Virus record (IMG/VR): IMGVR_UViG_3300045988_154312
Span: 165,889-229,888 of that record
Length of the DNA: 64,000 nucleotides
Reading direction: 5' to 3' (one strand)
Source: a virus
Positions 26,681 through 35,239 of this stretch are shown here, piece after piece. Each line of letters begins with the position of its first letter. The stretch's first letter is position 1. The notes beneath the pieces were generated by a model. That model had not been told where the DNA came from, ran no database searches, and saw nothing but the letters and a program-made list of their open reading frames with translations. Position numbers and translations under genes: made by a program.

Positions 26681-27394
26681 ATGGCTTATATATCAATTGG
26701 CAAAGAAGAAAGAATTATTTTATCGACGATATATGAATTTGTAGCACAATATCCAGCATTAAAATATGATTATATTTTGTCCCCTGATCCTAATCGTACT
26801 CATATTAGAATCGAAAAAATTTTCGTATTAGAAGATACAATTACTGTGCATATAGAATATAGAACTATAAACAATAAAGAAATAATAGCATTTGAATTAA
26901 ACTTAAATACTAATACTGTTAATTTTGATAACGATGCAGATCGTGAATTTATTAGAGATATTATGTTTTTACCAAGTGTCGTGAATTATAAATTCATCGA
27001 GACATATAAAAGTAAAGATTTGTCGACTTTTGCTAATAATTTAAGAGAATGCTATTTTTTAAGAATAAGTAAAGGTTATGATCTTTGGTATAAATTTTTG
27101 TTTATATTTTCTGATATGTTTAGCGATATAAACGATGGTGCGCTTTTTAGTATTGATACTATGTTTTTAGCAGAAGAATCAGCTATTAGATTTTTAAAAA
27201 ACGGATCGATTTGTATCGTAGATAGTAATCAAACAAATAAATATAATAAAAATATTAGATTTTTGCCATTATATTTAATGGAATATTTAATTCAGGGGTA
27301 TTATTTAGATGCAGTACAAATTCAAAGCGATATCGAAGAATTTCGACGACAATCAGAAGAAAATGTTAATAACTGGATCGCTGTTAATGGATAA
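26681..27394 (+). CDS. hypothetical protein
   Basis: 237-aa ORF. Confidence 0.65.
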   Translation: MAYISIGKEERIILSTIYEFVAQYPALKYDYILSPDPNRTHIRIEKIFVLEDTITVHIEYRTINNKEIIAFELNLNTNTVNFDNDADREFIRDIMFLPSVVNYKFIETYKSKDLSTFANNLRECYFLRISKGYDLWYKFLFIFSDMFSDINDGALFSIDTMFLAEESAIRFLKNGSICIVDSNQTNKYNKNIRFLPLYLMEYLIQGYYLDAVQIQSDIEEFRRQSEENVNNWIAVNG

Positions 27395-27695
27395 TAATGA
27401 ATATTTCATTAATAGTATTCCGGTCGATCCAAAAACAATTGGTCAATCGACTGGACTAAGGGATAAACATGATCAAGAAATATTTATTAACGATATCATT
27501 CATTTTAAAGCAAACTATGGTAGTTATTTACTAGAATTAGCTACGGCAACTGTAGGATTTGATAAACTAAATGGTAGATTAGCTGTTAAAATGAATGATA
27601 ATATATTGGCGTTATGCGATATGAATTATTCGGATGTTGAGTACGAAGTGCTCGGAAACATATGGGAAGGAAAAATAGATGGACAGAAACTTTAA
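27387..27695 (+). CDS. YopX-like domain protein (tandem paralog 1)
   Basis: ...IGQSTGLRDKHDQEIFINDIIHF...YEVLGNIWE, resembling the YopX TGLkDknGkeIyegDi pattern. Confidence 0.5.
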   Translation: MDNNEYFINSIPVDPKTIGQSTGLRDKHDQEIFINDIIHFKANYGSYLLELATATVGFDKLNGRLAVKMNDNILALCDMNYSDVEYEVLGNIWEGKIDGQKL

Positions 27696-28062
27696 AGCAA
27701 GATGTCTGAAAGACAGATCTTGGAAAACTGGTTTTTATTTAATTAAGAAAAAAGAACCATGTATTAAAGATATTAAAAATGTATGGCCAGTACACGAACA
27801 AACGATTTGTCAAAGTACTGGCTATTTAGATTGTAATAAGAAAGAAATCTTTATCGACGATCTAATTAAGTTTAGTGCAGAATTAAACAGCGAAAAAATT
27901 GAATTCGAAGAAATTCAAGTATTATTTGATCCGGTGTATGCTAAATTAGTATTATTTGCTGGCGATCATTCTTATGATTTTGTCGATCCTAATTATAAAA
28001 ATCCTCGATACGAAGTTGTCGGAAATATTTGGGATAAAGTTGCATTGGCAAAGAAGAAGTAA
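27679..28062 (+). CDS. YopX-like domain protein (tandem paralog 2)
   Basis: ...ICQSTGYLDCNKKEIFIDDLIKF...YEVVGNIWD. Confidence 0.5.
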   Translation: MDRNFKARCLKDRSWKTGFYLIKKKEPCIKDIKNVWPVHEQTICQSTGYLDCNKKEIFIDDLIKFSAELNSEKIEFEEIQVLFDPVYAKLVLFAGDHSYDFVDPNYKNPRYEVVGNIWDKVALAKKK

Positions 28063-28106
28063 TATAATAGGTGTACAAGCTTGTTTTTTTAAAAGAAGGT
28101 ATACCT

Positions 28107-28457
28107 ATGAATTATCACAAACTTTTAGAAGACTGTGACTTTATTAAGGTAAAGCAAACAGTCGAAATCCGTCCTCATGACGAAAACAAAGGCTTTTTTG
28201 AATATGTAAATCATATTTTTAAAAGTGTAAATAACGGTCATCGTTATGGACCTGCTGTTAAGACTAATATCTTAACGATATATAATCGTGGCAATTATAT
28301 TGCTTGCGAGATGGGCGATCAACGTATCGACATCCGTCGAAATAAGATCGTTATTTATGTCCCTGGTTTAAAAGCTAGTAACGAAGAAACATATAGAAAA
28401 TATGCTGTATGTAATATCGGCGTATTAAGCTATATTTACAATTGTAAAAAATACTAG
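28107..28457 (+). CDS. hypothetical protein (possibly exon 1 of a split gene)
   Basis: ATG at 28107 within ORF 28071..28457; followed by a structured non-coding segment. Confidence 0.55.
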   Translation: MNYHKLLEDCDFIKVKQTVEIRPHDENKGFFEYVNHIFKSVNNGHRYGPAVKTNILTIYNRGNYIACEMGDQRIDIRRNKIVIYVPGLKASNEETYRKYAVCNIGVLSYIYNCKKY

Positions 28458-28845
28458 CTTTTAAATAATAATTGCGGTATTGAAACGAAAGCTAAGTCGT
28501 AAGATATGCCAACGTTTACTGAAGGTTATATGTAATAATATAGTCAAGTGCCCAATGGATTGAAACTCATAAGAGAATATAATATCCTAAAAGACCGCAA
28601 CTTTCATTAGTAACAATACTAGCGTGGAAGAAGTAGTGGGCTACCATATCAAAAGATATGGATTAATTAATCCTAGTATAACATGCTAGGCCTAAGACAT
28701 AGGATGCAAGGTATGAGATAGCCTAGACATAGCGTTAATCTTAGGAGAGCCGTCAGCGAAATGTTGCCGGACATTGAAGAATTCGTCGATAATATATTGA
28801 CGAACGTTAGAAGACTCGTTAGCAAAAAAGCTAACGACCATTAAG
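28458..28845 (+). ncRNA. candidate structured RNA or degenerate group I intron-like element
   Basis: aattgcgg (28470-28477) is complementary to ccgcaa (28595-28600), like P4 P/Q elements; aagatatgg / gagatagcc S-like blocks; multiple hairpins; no long ORF. Confidence 0.35.
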
Positions 28846-28884
28846 AGAGCGATCATCAATAGCTAAGATGGTCGCTCTTTTTTA
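28846..28884 (+). terminator. rho-independent terminator
   Basis: agagcgatca / tggtcgctct 10-bp stem (one G-U) plus T6. Confidence 0.8.
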
Positions 28885-28901
28885 TTTTAGGAGACTAAGT
28901 A

Positions 28902-29108
28902 ATGAACTACGAAACATTAGTAACGATCGGCGTAATTTCTTTAGGATTATTAGCTACGATTTGTTTCGTCGTATATCAAGTATTTGAAACACGACGTATG
29001 CGTATTCAATATGATAATGGATATACTGAAGCTGAAATTAAAGAAATTTTACATGCCGAAATTGATCCGCTATTAAATATTAATAAAGGAAAAGCTAATA
29101 CAAAATGA
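28902..29108 (+). CDS. small membrane protein
   Basis: 68 aa; N-terminal TM helix; aggagac SD. Confidence 0.6.
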   Translation: MNYETLVTIGVISLGLLATICFVVYQVFETRRMRIQYDNGYTEAEIKEILHAEIDPLLNINKGKANTK

Positions 29109-29467
29109 AATATTGTATAGAAGATAATTACAACGATTTATTAAATTTATTCTTTGGAATACAAAAAAAACAAGCTGCTGGTACAGTATATATGTTATTG
29201 CAAAATGAATTATATATTATCGATACAGAATTAATTGCTTGTAGCGACAAAATTTTAATTAATTTTAAAGTATCAGAAGATCAAAAAAAGAAAACTGAAA
29301 ATTTTAAAACATATGTTTGTATATTATCAAAATCCAATTTTGATAACGGTGTCTTTAAAATCAATATTGAAAATAATGAAGATACCAGTGTCGAATTAGA
29401 AATTATTCAATTATTAACTGAAAAATTGTATGGTCATAATACAATTAGGGATGCGAAAGGATTTTAG
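29105..29467 (+). CDS. hypothetical protein
   Basis: 120-aa ORF; ATGA coupling. Confidence 0.6.
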   Translation: MKYCIEDNYNDLLNLFFGIQKKQAAGTVYMLLQNELYIIDTELIACSDKILINFKVSEDQKKKTENFKTYVCILSKSNFDNGVFKINIENNEDTSVELEIIQLLTEKLYGHNTIRDAKGF

Positions 29468-29468
29468 T

Positions 29469-29861
29469 ATGAAAATCGACATTAACGATAATTTTAAATG
29501 GCTTTTAGAAAGTTTGTTAAACGAAGGTTATGACGGATTTTTCATCGATGATATGTACGGTGCTATATTCACTAAGAATGGTAAAGTTACAAGTATCGAT
29601 ACTTCTAATTTTATCACGAGTAATTTTTACAAAGCTTGTTCTGATTTAGAAGAAAACATTGAATATAGTATTAAAGATTTTATCGAAGGAAAGCTTGATG
29701 ATAAGAATTTTAAATTTGGCGATAAAGTTATCATTAGACTTAACTGTGAAGAATTTAACGGTATTTTTATTAGAAAAAGCAATAAAAGTAATGTCGTTGC
29801 TACTGAAGAATCTAAAGGCTTATTATTAATTAGTAATAAAAATATTAGAAAAGCTGATTAA
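29469..29861 (+). CDS. hypothetical protein
   Basis: ATG at 29469 within ORF 29430..29861. Confidence 0.6.
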   Translation: MKIDINDNFKWLLESLLNEGYDGFFIDDMYGAIFTKNGKVTSIDTSNFITSNFYKACSDLEENIEYSIKDFIEGKLDDKNFKFGDKVIIRLNCEEFNGIFIRKSNKSNVVATEESKGLLLISNKNIRKAD

Positions 29862-29884
29862 TTTTTAATTAATAAGGTGAAAAA

Positions 29885-30397
29885 ATGATCGACTTAAATA
29901 AATTAAAAAAATGTATCGATTTAGATAATCCAAATAAAGCTTTAGAATATTTAGAGAATAATATAACTAAACATGAATTATACATGTATATTGTTAATAA
30001 AATCATCGATCAAAAAAATAATGATTGTGTTTGTATTCCGATGCCTACAGTCTATAATTTATTTATGTCTTATATTCAGGATAAGTGTAATGAACCTTAT
30101 AAATTATTAGAAGAAGTCATTGAAGAAAAACCATTAATCGATGTTAAATTATCTAATAATTTAAAAAATCTTCGTTTGAAAAATCTAGATGATTTTAGAA
30201 AAAAATTTATCGGAACAGAAGATGAACATAGATGGATTATTGATTTTACTAGATATATTATATATATTAATAAAGGCAAAGCAAAACATATTTATATATT
30301 AAGTCCTTTTTATTCTAAAAAAGAAGACAATATATATGGCATGTTTGTTTATAACGTTAATTTTATCGATAATTTTAAATTCGTAGATGAACGATAA
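29885..30397 (+). CDS. hypothetical protein, tandem paralog A
   Basis: Aligns along its full length with 30413..30988 (LKKxIDxxxPxKAxxYL...YIVNKIIDQK...PMPTxYNLFMS[YF]IQD...). Confidence 0.65.
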   Translation: MIDLNKLKKCIDLDNPNKALEYLENNITKHELYMYIVNKIIDQKNNDCVCIPMPTVYNLFMSYIQDKCNEPYKLLEEVIEEKPLIDVKLSNNLKNLRLKNLDDFRKKFIGTEDEHRWIIDFTRYIIYINKGKAKHIYILSPFYSKKEDNIYGMFVYNVNFIDNFKFVDER

Positions 30398-30412
30398 TTA
30401 AAAGGTGAAAAA

Positions 30413-30988
30413 ATGAAAGAATTTAAATTAGAAGAACTTAAAAAAGCTATCGATCCTAAAGATCCGAAGAAAGCTATTAAATATTTAGGCGAAACGATTA
30501 CACGTGAGCAAATGTATACATATATCGTTAATAAAATTATCGATCAAAAAGATAACGAATGTGTATTTTTACCAATGCCTACGATGTATAATTTATTTAT
30601 GTCATTCATTCAAGATATGTGTGACGAACCATACAAACTATTAAGTGATATCATTCAGGAGAAACCAACGTTAGAGATTAAAAAGCTCAAAGAGCTTGAA
30701 ATTAAAGAAGTCGAAACTGTTGGTCCTGTTGCTAAATATTTGCTTAATAAGTTTAATCTTGAAGATTATGATGACTTTAGAAAAAAATATATCGATACAG
30801 ATTTCGAATATCGTTGGTGGCCATTATTCGTAAAATATATTTTAGAAAAGAATAATGGTAAGGCTAAGAAATTTGAATTATTAAGCCCGTTTTATGCTCC
30901 GAAAAATAGTACGAGCGATTATGACCTTTTTGCTCCTGAAGATTTCGAAGTAATCGATGATTATAAGTTCGTAAATGAAAGGGAATAA
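30413..30988 (+). CDS. hypothetical protein, tandem paralog B
   Basis: See 29885..30397. Confidence 0.65.
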   Translation: MKEFKLEELKKAIDPKDPKKAIKYLGETITREQMYTYIVNKIIDQKDNECVFLPMPTMYNLFMSFIQDMCDEPYKLLSDIIQEKPTLEIKKLKELEIKEVETVGPVAKYLLNKFNLEDYDDFRKKYIDTDFEYRWWPLFVKYILEKNNGKAKKFELLSPFYAPKNSTSDYDLFAPEDFEVIDDYKFVNERE

Positions 30989-31099
30989 TGCGTTTAGTAT
31001 ATAATAATAGAGTCTATCACATGGTCTATCTAACAGATGCCGTATTAAAAGATGGCACCTATTAAAATGCAAAAGAGCACTCGTGATTTTAATCGTGAG

Positions 31100-31600
31100 A
31101 TAAATTTTGCAAGCTAGTAGGGGTGTTGGGAAACTAGCACCTAGCGGCGGTTTTTACCCGTCCAACAAAGACACTGAATTGCTGGAAACTCCTAAAGCTT
31201 GAATAGCTACTGCGTGATATCTTTTTAAGATATGAGCGTAAATGCAGCGAAAGCAGAAAAAATATTCAAGATGGTATATGGTTAAATCCTAAGTGCTATA
31301 ATAATGGACAATCAGCAGCCAAGCCCGCAAGGGAAGGTTCAACGACTAGACCTCGTGAGGGTCGTACACTATAAGCGTTTGATAGTGGAAGTGGTGTCGC
31401 CTAAGTTGTATGTTATTACGATATGGATAAGATATAGTCTGTGCTCATGTGAAAGCATGAGGTGCACGTAATGGTGCCGGTCAGAAGTAGCGATTTTGAT
31501 TGAACAATCATCCTCTCAAAGAAGTATTCTTCGGTTTTATATATTGAAATTAAACACTAAATTTGGTAATATAATAGTATATATCTATTATTATTACGAA
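31100..31600 (+). ncRNA. group I intron ribozyme core of the IStron
   Basis: P/Q/R/S-like conserved elements at about 31176, 31310, 31337 and 31429; the same blocks occur in the recA intron. Confidence 0.65.
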
Positions 31601-31614
31601 AGGAGGTGTGCCTC

Positions 31615-32706
31615 ATGAATAAAAGTTTTAAAATTAGAATTTATCCTAACCAAGAACAACAAATATTAATTAATAAAACATTTGGTTGTATTCGATATGT
31701 TTATAATTATATGCTGAATCTTAAACAAAAAGCATATAATATATTTGAACTTAAAATAAATTTTGTAAAAACATCTAGTATTCTTACAAGACTTAAACAA
31801 CGTAAATCTTGGCTTTGCGAAGTTGATGCTGTTGCTTTACAGCAATGTTTAAGAGATTTAGATGCTGCATATACTAAATTTTTTAATGGCTCAGGATATC
31901 CTAATTTTAAATCTAAACGAGGTAAAAACTCCTATCGTACTAATGGTAAAACTATAACTTTAGATCAAAATAATAAAAAAATTAAAATCCCTAAAGTTGG
32001 TTGGATTAAATTTAGAGATAAAACTAATTTTATTGGTTTAATTAAGATTAATAATATTACTATTTCTAAATCTTCTAGCGGAAAATATTTCGCTAGTATT
32101 TTAGCCGAAGTCGATATTACAGCTTTTGCGAAAACCAAGAAAAGCTGTGGTGTCGACTTAGGGTTAAAAGATTTTTGTATTTTGAACAATGGAACTAAAT
32201 TTGAAAATCCAAAATTTTTAGTGCGTAACGAACGACGGCTCAGATTATTACAAAAATCTTTAAGTCGTAAAGTATATGGCTCTAAGAATTATGAAAAGGC
32301 CAGAATTAAATTGGCTAAATTTCATGAATATATAGCTAACTGTCGTAAAGATTATTTGCATAAAATATCATTATTTTTAGTTAAGAACTACGATATTATT
32401 TGTGCCGAAACTTTACAAGTTAAAAATATGCTTAAGAATCGCAAACTAGCTAAAGCCATTAGCGATGTTAGTTGGTATGAATTTTGTCGACAATTAGAAT
32501 ATAAATGCTTGTGGTATGATAAGAAATTTGTACAAATTAATACATATTTTGCATCATCACAACTATGTTCTAATTGTGGATTTAAAAATTCTGACGTTAA
32601 AAATCTCGATGTCCGTGAATGGACTTGCCCAGAATGTGGACAACATCACGATCGAGATATTAACGCAGCAACTAATATTTTAAATCAAGGATTAACTTTA
32701 ATATAA
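31615..32706 (+). CDS. tnpB: TnpB (IS200/IS605-family RNA-guided RuvC nuclease)
   Basis: aggagg SD; OrfB_IS605 N-terminus (FKIRIYPNQEQ); RuvC residues in GVDLG, AETL and DRDINAA; zinc ribbon CSNCG...CPECG. Confidence 0.9.
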   Translation: MNKSFKIRIYPNQEQQILINKTFGCIRYVYNYMLNLKQKAYNIFELKINFVKTSSILTRLKQRKSWLCEVDAVALQQCLRDLDAAYTKFFNGSGYPNFKSKRGKNSYRTNGKTITLDQNNKKIKIPKVGWIKFRDKTNFIGLIKINNITISKSSSGKYFASILAEVDITAFAKTKKSCGVDLGLKDFCILNNGTKFENPKFLVRNERRLRLLQKSLSRKVYGSKNYEKARIKLAKFHEYIANCRKDYLHKISLFLVKNYDIICAETLQVKNMLKNRKLAKAISDVSWYEFCRQLEYKCLWYDKKFVQINTYFASSQLCSNCGFKNSDVKNLDVREWTCPECGQHHDRDINAATNILNQGLTLI

Positions 32707-32858
32707 TTTCAATATATAGAACCGTGGGACTCACGGGGATAGCCTACTGTCTTAGTATAAGACGTGCGTAATAAGCATAAGCTTATTATAAACGCAACTA
32801 TTGGGTAGGAACCTCGTCACTTTTAGTGATGAGAGGATGTCAGGTTAGTGAAGGACTG
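32690..32858 (+). ncRNA. omega-RNA (reRNA)-like right end of the IStron
   Basis: Hairpins ccgtg-ggact-cacgg, taataagc-ataa-gcttatta and cctcgtcac...gtgatgagagg (G-U pairs valid only on +), overlapping and following the tnpB stop. Confidence 0.55.
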
Positions 32859-33021
32859 TGTGAAGACGGTAAATCTTATATTATTAATTGGGAGGATAAA
32901 GATTTTGATATAGAATATCCTAGTTCAATTTCTTTAGCATAAACTGAGTAATATATAATTGCCAGTACTGTTAAAATATACATAAGTGTGCTGGTTTTTT
33001 AGTATAACGAAAGGAAACAGC

Positions 33022-33267
33022 ATGAGCGCATCCTTTGTAATATCGATTGTCCAGCTACTCATGTTGATGGGTACTTTCATACTTTGTATAGCTTCTATAT
33101 TAATAGTAGCTGGAATATTCGATCTTCTTTGTTCTAAAGAAGAAATACGTAAAAAAGAAATTAACACACAATTAACATGGAGCATCGTCGCATTTTTAGC
33201 AACGTTGTTCTTTATTTATATTTTGTTCGATATGCAACATTTAATCGAAATAAATATAATACCTTAA
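33022..33267 (+). CDS. small two-TM membrane protein (holin-like topology)
   Basis: ATG at 33022 after gaaagga, within ORF 32986..33267. Confidence 0.5.
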   Translation: MSASFVISIVQLLMLMGTFILCIASILIVAGIFDLLCSKEEIRKKEINTQLTWSIVAFLATLFFIYILFDMQHLIEINIIP

Positions 33268-33431
33268 TTTCTATATGGATCGTATCGGTAAAACTATCGA
33301 TTGTAATTTCAAATTAGTGTTTTTTAGCCTTGGAGATGGTTGAATTTCGCTAATTTTCATGTCGCCATACGATTTGTTATTTAATATAATAGCAATAAGA
33401 AGACGAAACAGAAAGTTAGGAGATCAAACAT

Positions 33432-33749
33432 ATGAAGATTTTAAAAACTGTATTTTTTGCTTTTACGTTATTATTAGGTATTGCTTGCATACCTAATGCT
33501 AACGCTACTGAATTAACTGCGTATACGCATACAGGTAGCGTAATGGCTAACGGTGAATGGCCATACGAGGGTGCAGTTGCTAGTAACGATTATGCCCTTG
33601 GTACAATTTTAAATATTAACGGCTACAACTATGTAGTTGCAGATCGAATGGCACCTGGTATTCATGGAGTTATTGATATCTTCATGAATGACTATGATAG
33701 AGCTATTAAATTCGGTCGACAATACGGCGAAGTCTACGTCGTAGCGTAA
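33432..33749 (+). CDS. secreted 3D-domain (MltA/RlpA-like double-psi beta-barrel) protein
   Basis: Signal peptide; LTAYTHTGSVMANGEWPYEGAVASN...VVADRMAPGIHGVIDIFM...AIKFG matches the 3D-domain pattern. Confidence 0.6.
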   Translation: MKILKTVFFAFTLLLGIACIPNANATELTAYTHTGSVMANGEWPYEGAVASNDYALGTILNINGYNYVVADRMAPGIHGVIDIFMNDYDRAIKFGRQYGEVYVVA

Positions 33750-33892
33750 TCATAATCGATCCATTTTACGTATTACTCTCCCGTTAAAGTACTGGATACT
33801 ATCCAGCACATGTATATTTTAATATATTTACATATAACGTTACTATTCTCTCGTCATAGTAACTATTAATAAATAAGGATAGGCGTCTTATT

Positions 33893-34408
33893 ATGAATAA
33901 TTTATTAAAAGATTTGTCGGCATTTGGATATGCCAGAGCTCTCGGACTTCGGACGAGATTTTTAAGTCGTGAATTTTGGACATCTTTTGTATTTACTATT
34001 ATATTTTTAGCTAATATGCTATTGTTCGATCATTGTAATAATATGACAATGTTTCATTTAATAGTATTATCTTTACCATATTTAATCGTATTATTTGTGT
34101 TAAATGCAATTTATCATAATACGGTTATGTATTTACTAGGTAAAGTAAAACGTGTCGACGAAGAAAATGAATTGTATTTAGCTAGTATTGCTGGCTATGC
34201 TATTTTAAATAATATTATGAATGCCATTGGCATTATTTTTAGTATGACCGGATTATTTTATTATTCCGGCTTTGATCAAGGGATTTTAATGAATCCTATT
34301 CTGTTTGTGTTCATTGTATTCCTTGTGATTTTTAACACATATATCTGTTTAGCCAATATGGTAAACGGATTTAAAATATATTTAATTACACGAAATCAAG
34401 AGGAGTAA
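33893..34408 (+). CDS. polytopic membrane protein
   Basis: 171 aa with 4-5 hydrophobic helices. Confidence 0.6.
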   Translation: MNNLLKDLSAFGYARALGLRTRFLSREFWTSFVFTIIFLANMLLFDHCNNMTMFHLIVLSLPYLIVLFVLNAIYHNTVMYLLGKVKRVDEENELYLASIAGYAILNNIMNAIGIIFSMTGLFYYSGFDQGILMNPILFVFIVFLVIFNTYICLANMVNGFKIYLITRNQEE

Positions 34409-34410
34409 TT

Positions 34411-34812
34411 ATGCCTATTCTATGGAAAACTACAAAATCTAATAAGACAAGTACATATAAAGGATATGTACCAATACCATCGACAATCGATGAACCATCA
34501 TTTGCTGAAAAATGGAAACGATGGCGAACTGGAGATCCTGCTAAGTTTTTGACATATAAAGATTTACAAGAATTAGTTTTATATTGCTATAATAAAAATC
34601 TTAGCGTAACGACGACAGAATTAGAATTAGTTTTCCATGATAAGCATATTTATGACAAAGAAACGGCAATTAAATATATTAATGAACACATGAATGAGTT
34701 CGGCTATATCGATGAATATAGCGGACGAGTTATACATCCTGGTCAAGGAGGTAATAATACAGGAACTAATAATAGCAATAATAATTGCTGTTGTTGCTGT
34801 AAAAAACCATAA
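34411..34812 (+). CDS. hypothetical protein with an Asn-rich, penta-cysteine C-terminus
   Basis: ...GGNNTGTNNSNNNCCCCCKKP. Confidence 0.6.
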   Translation: MPILWKTTKSNKTSTYKGYVPIPSTIDEPSFAEKWKRWRTGDPAKFLTYKDLQELVLYCYNKNLSVTTTELELVFHDKHIYDKETAIKYINEHMNEFGYIDEYSGRVIHPGQGGNNTGTNNSNNNCCCCCKKP

Positions 34813-35183
34813 TGGACATACATAAAATATATATCGATATTTTAACTAGTTATAATATATTAACAGTCTTTAAAGGCGATGTCGACAAGGAAGACTTAAA
34901 AATTATTATTAGCTTATTTTTATTAAGCTATACAAATCTTAGTATTATTAATCGAGATCGCAGTCTTAAAAAAGACGAAAAAGTCGAGAATTTCTTTAAT
35001 GCTATCGATAAAATTATCGACAAACGATTCGTTAAAGATATCCTAGATAAAGAAACATTAGAATCTATCATATTAGATTTTAATAAACGTATTAAATATA
35101 TGAAAGAACATGGACTCGATATCGAAGTCTATGAAGAAATGAAGACGCCTGGCGTCGATTCGATTAAATATATTATCGAATAA
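34812..35183 (+). CDS. hypothetical protein
   Basis: 123-aa ORF. Confidence 0.6.
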   Translation: MDIHKIYIDILTSYNILTVFKGDVDKEDLKIIISLFLLSYTNLSIINRDRSLKKDEKVENFFNAIDKIIDKRFVKDILDKETLESIILDFNKRIKYMKEHGLDIEVYEEMKTPGVDSIKYIIE

Positions 35184-35187
35184 GTTA

Positions 35188-35227
35188 AGCTCCCCACGAT
35201 AAACTTATCGTAAAGGGAGCTTTTTTA
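35188..35227 (+). terminator. rho-independent terminator
   Basis: agctccc ... gggagct plus T6. Confidence 0.8.
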
Positions 35228-35239
35228 ATTGGAGGTATA

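Larger units (their letters stand above)
31085..32858 (+). mobile_element. IStron-like element: group I intron ribozyme plus tnpB plus omega-RNA-like 3-prime end (boundaries approximate)
   Basis: About 500 nt of structured RNA with classical group I blocks (aattgctggaaa, aatcagcagcc, ggttcaacgactaga, aagatatagtct) directly upstream of an intact TnpB ORF; structured 3-prime region; no tnpA. Confidence 0.7.

Noticed and set aside
28745-28775. Group II intron domain V-like hairpin (gagccgtcagcgaaatgttgccggac)
   Set aside because: The stem does not reproduce the domain V pairing or bulge. There is no GUGYG 5-prime end, no maturase or reverse transcriptase, and the surrounding blocks look more like group I elements.
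5399-31000. Diversity-generating retroelement or retron as the source of variation in the paralog families
   Set aside because: No reverse transcriptase, template/variable repeat pair or msr/msd-like structure is present in the window.
31174-31190. Using gaattgc at 31176 as the internal guide sequence pairing with exon aaattt (5-prime splice site at 31107)
   Set aside because: This string is the conserved P (J3/4-P4) element AATTGCTGGAAA of the group I core, so it is unlikely to be the IGS. The hairpin at 31080-31099 with a U-G pair is a better, though still tentative, P1.
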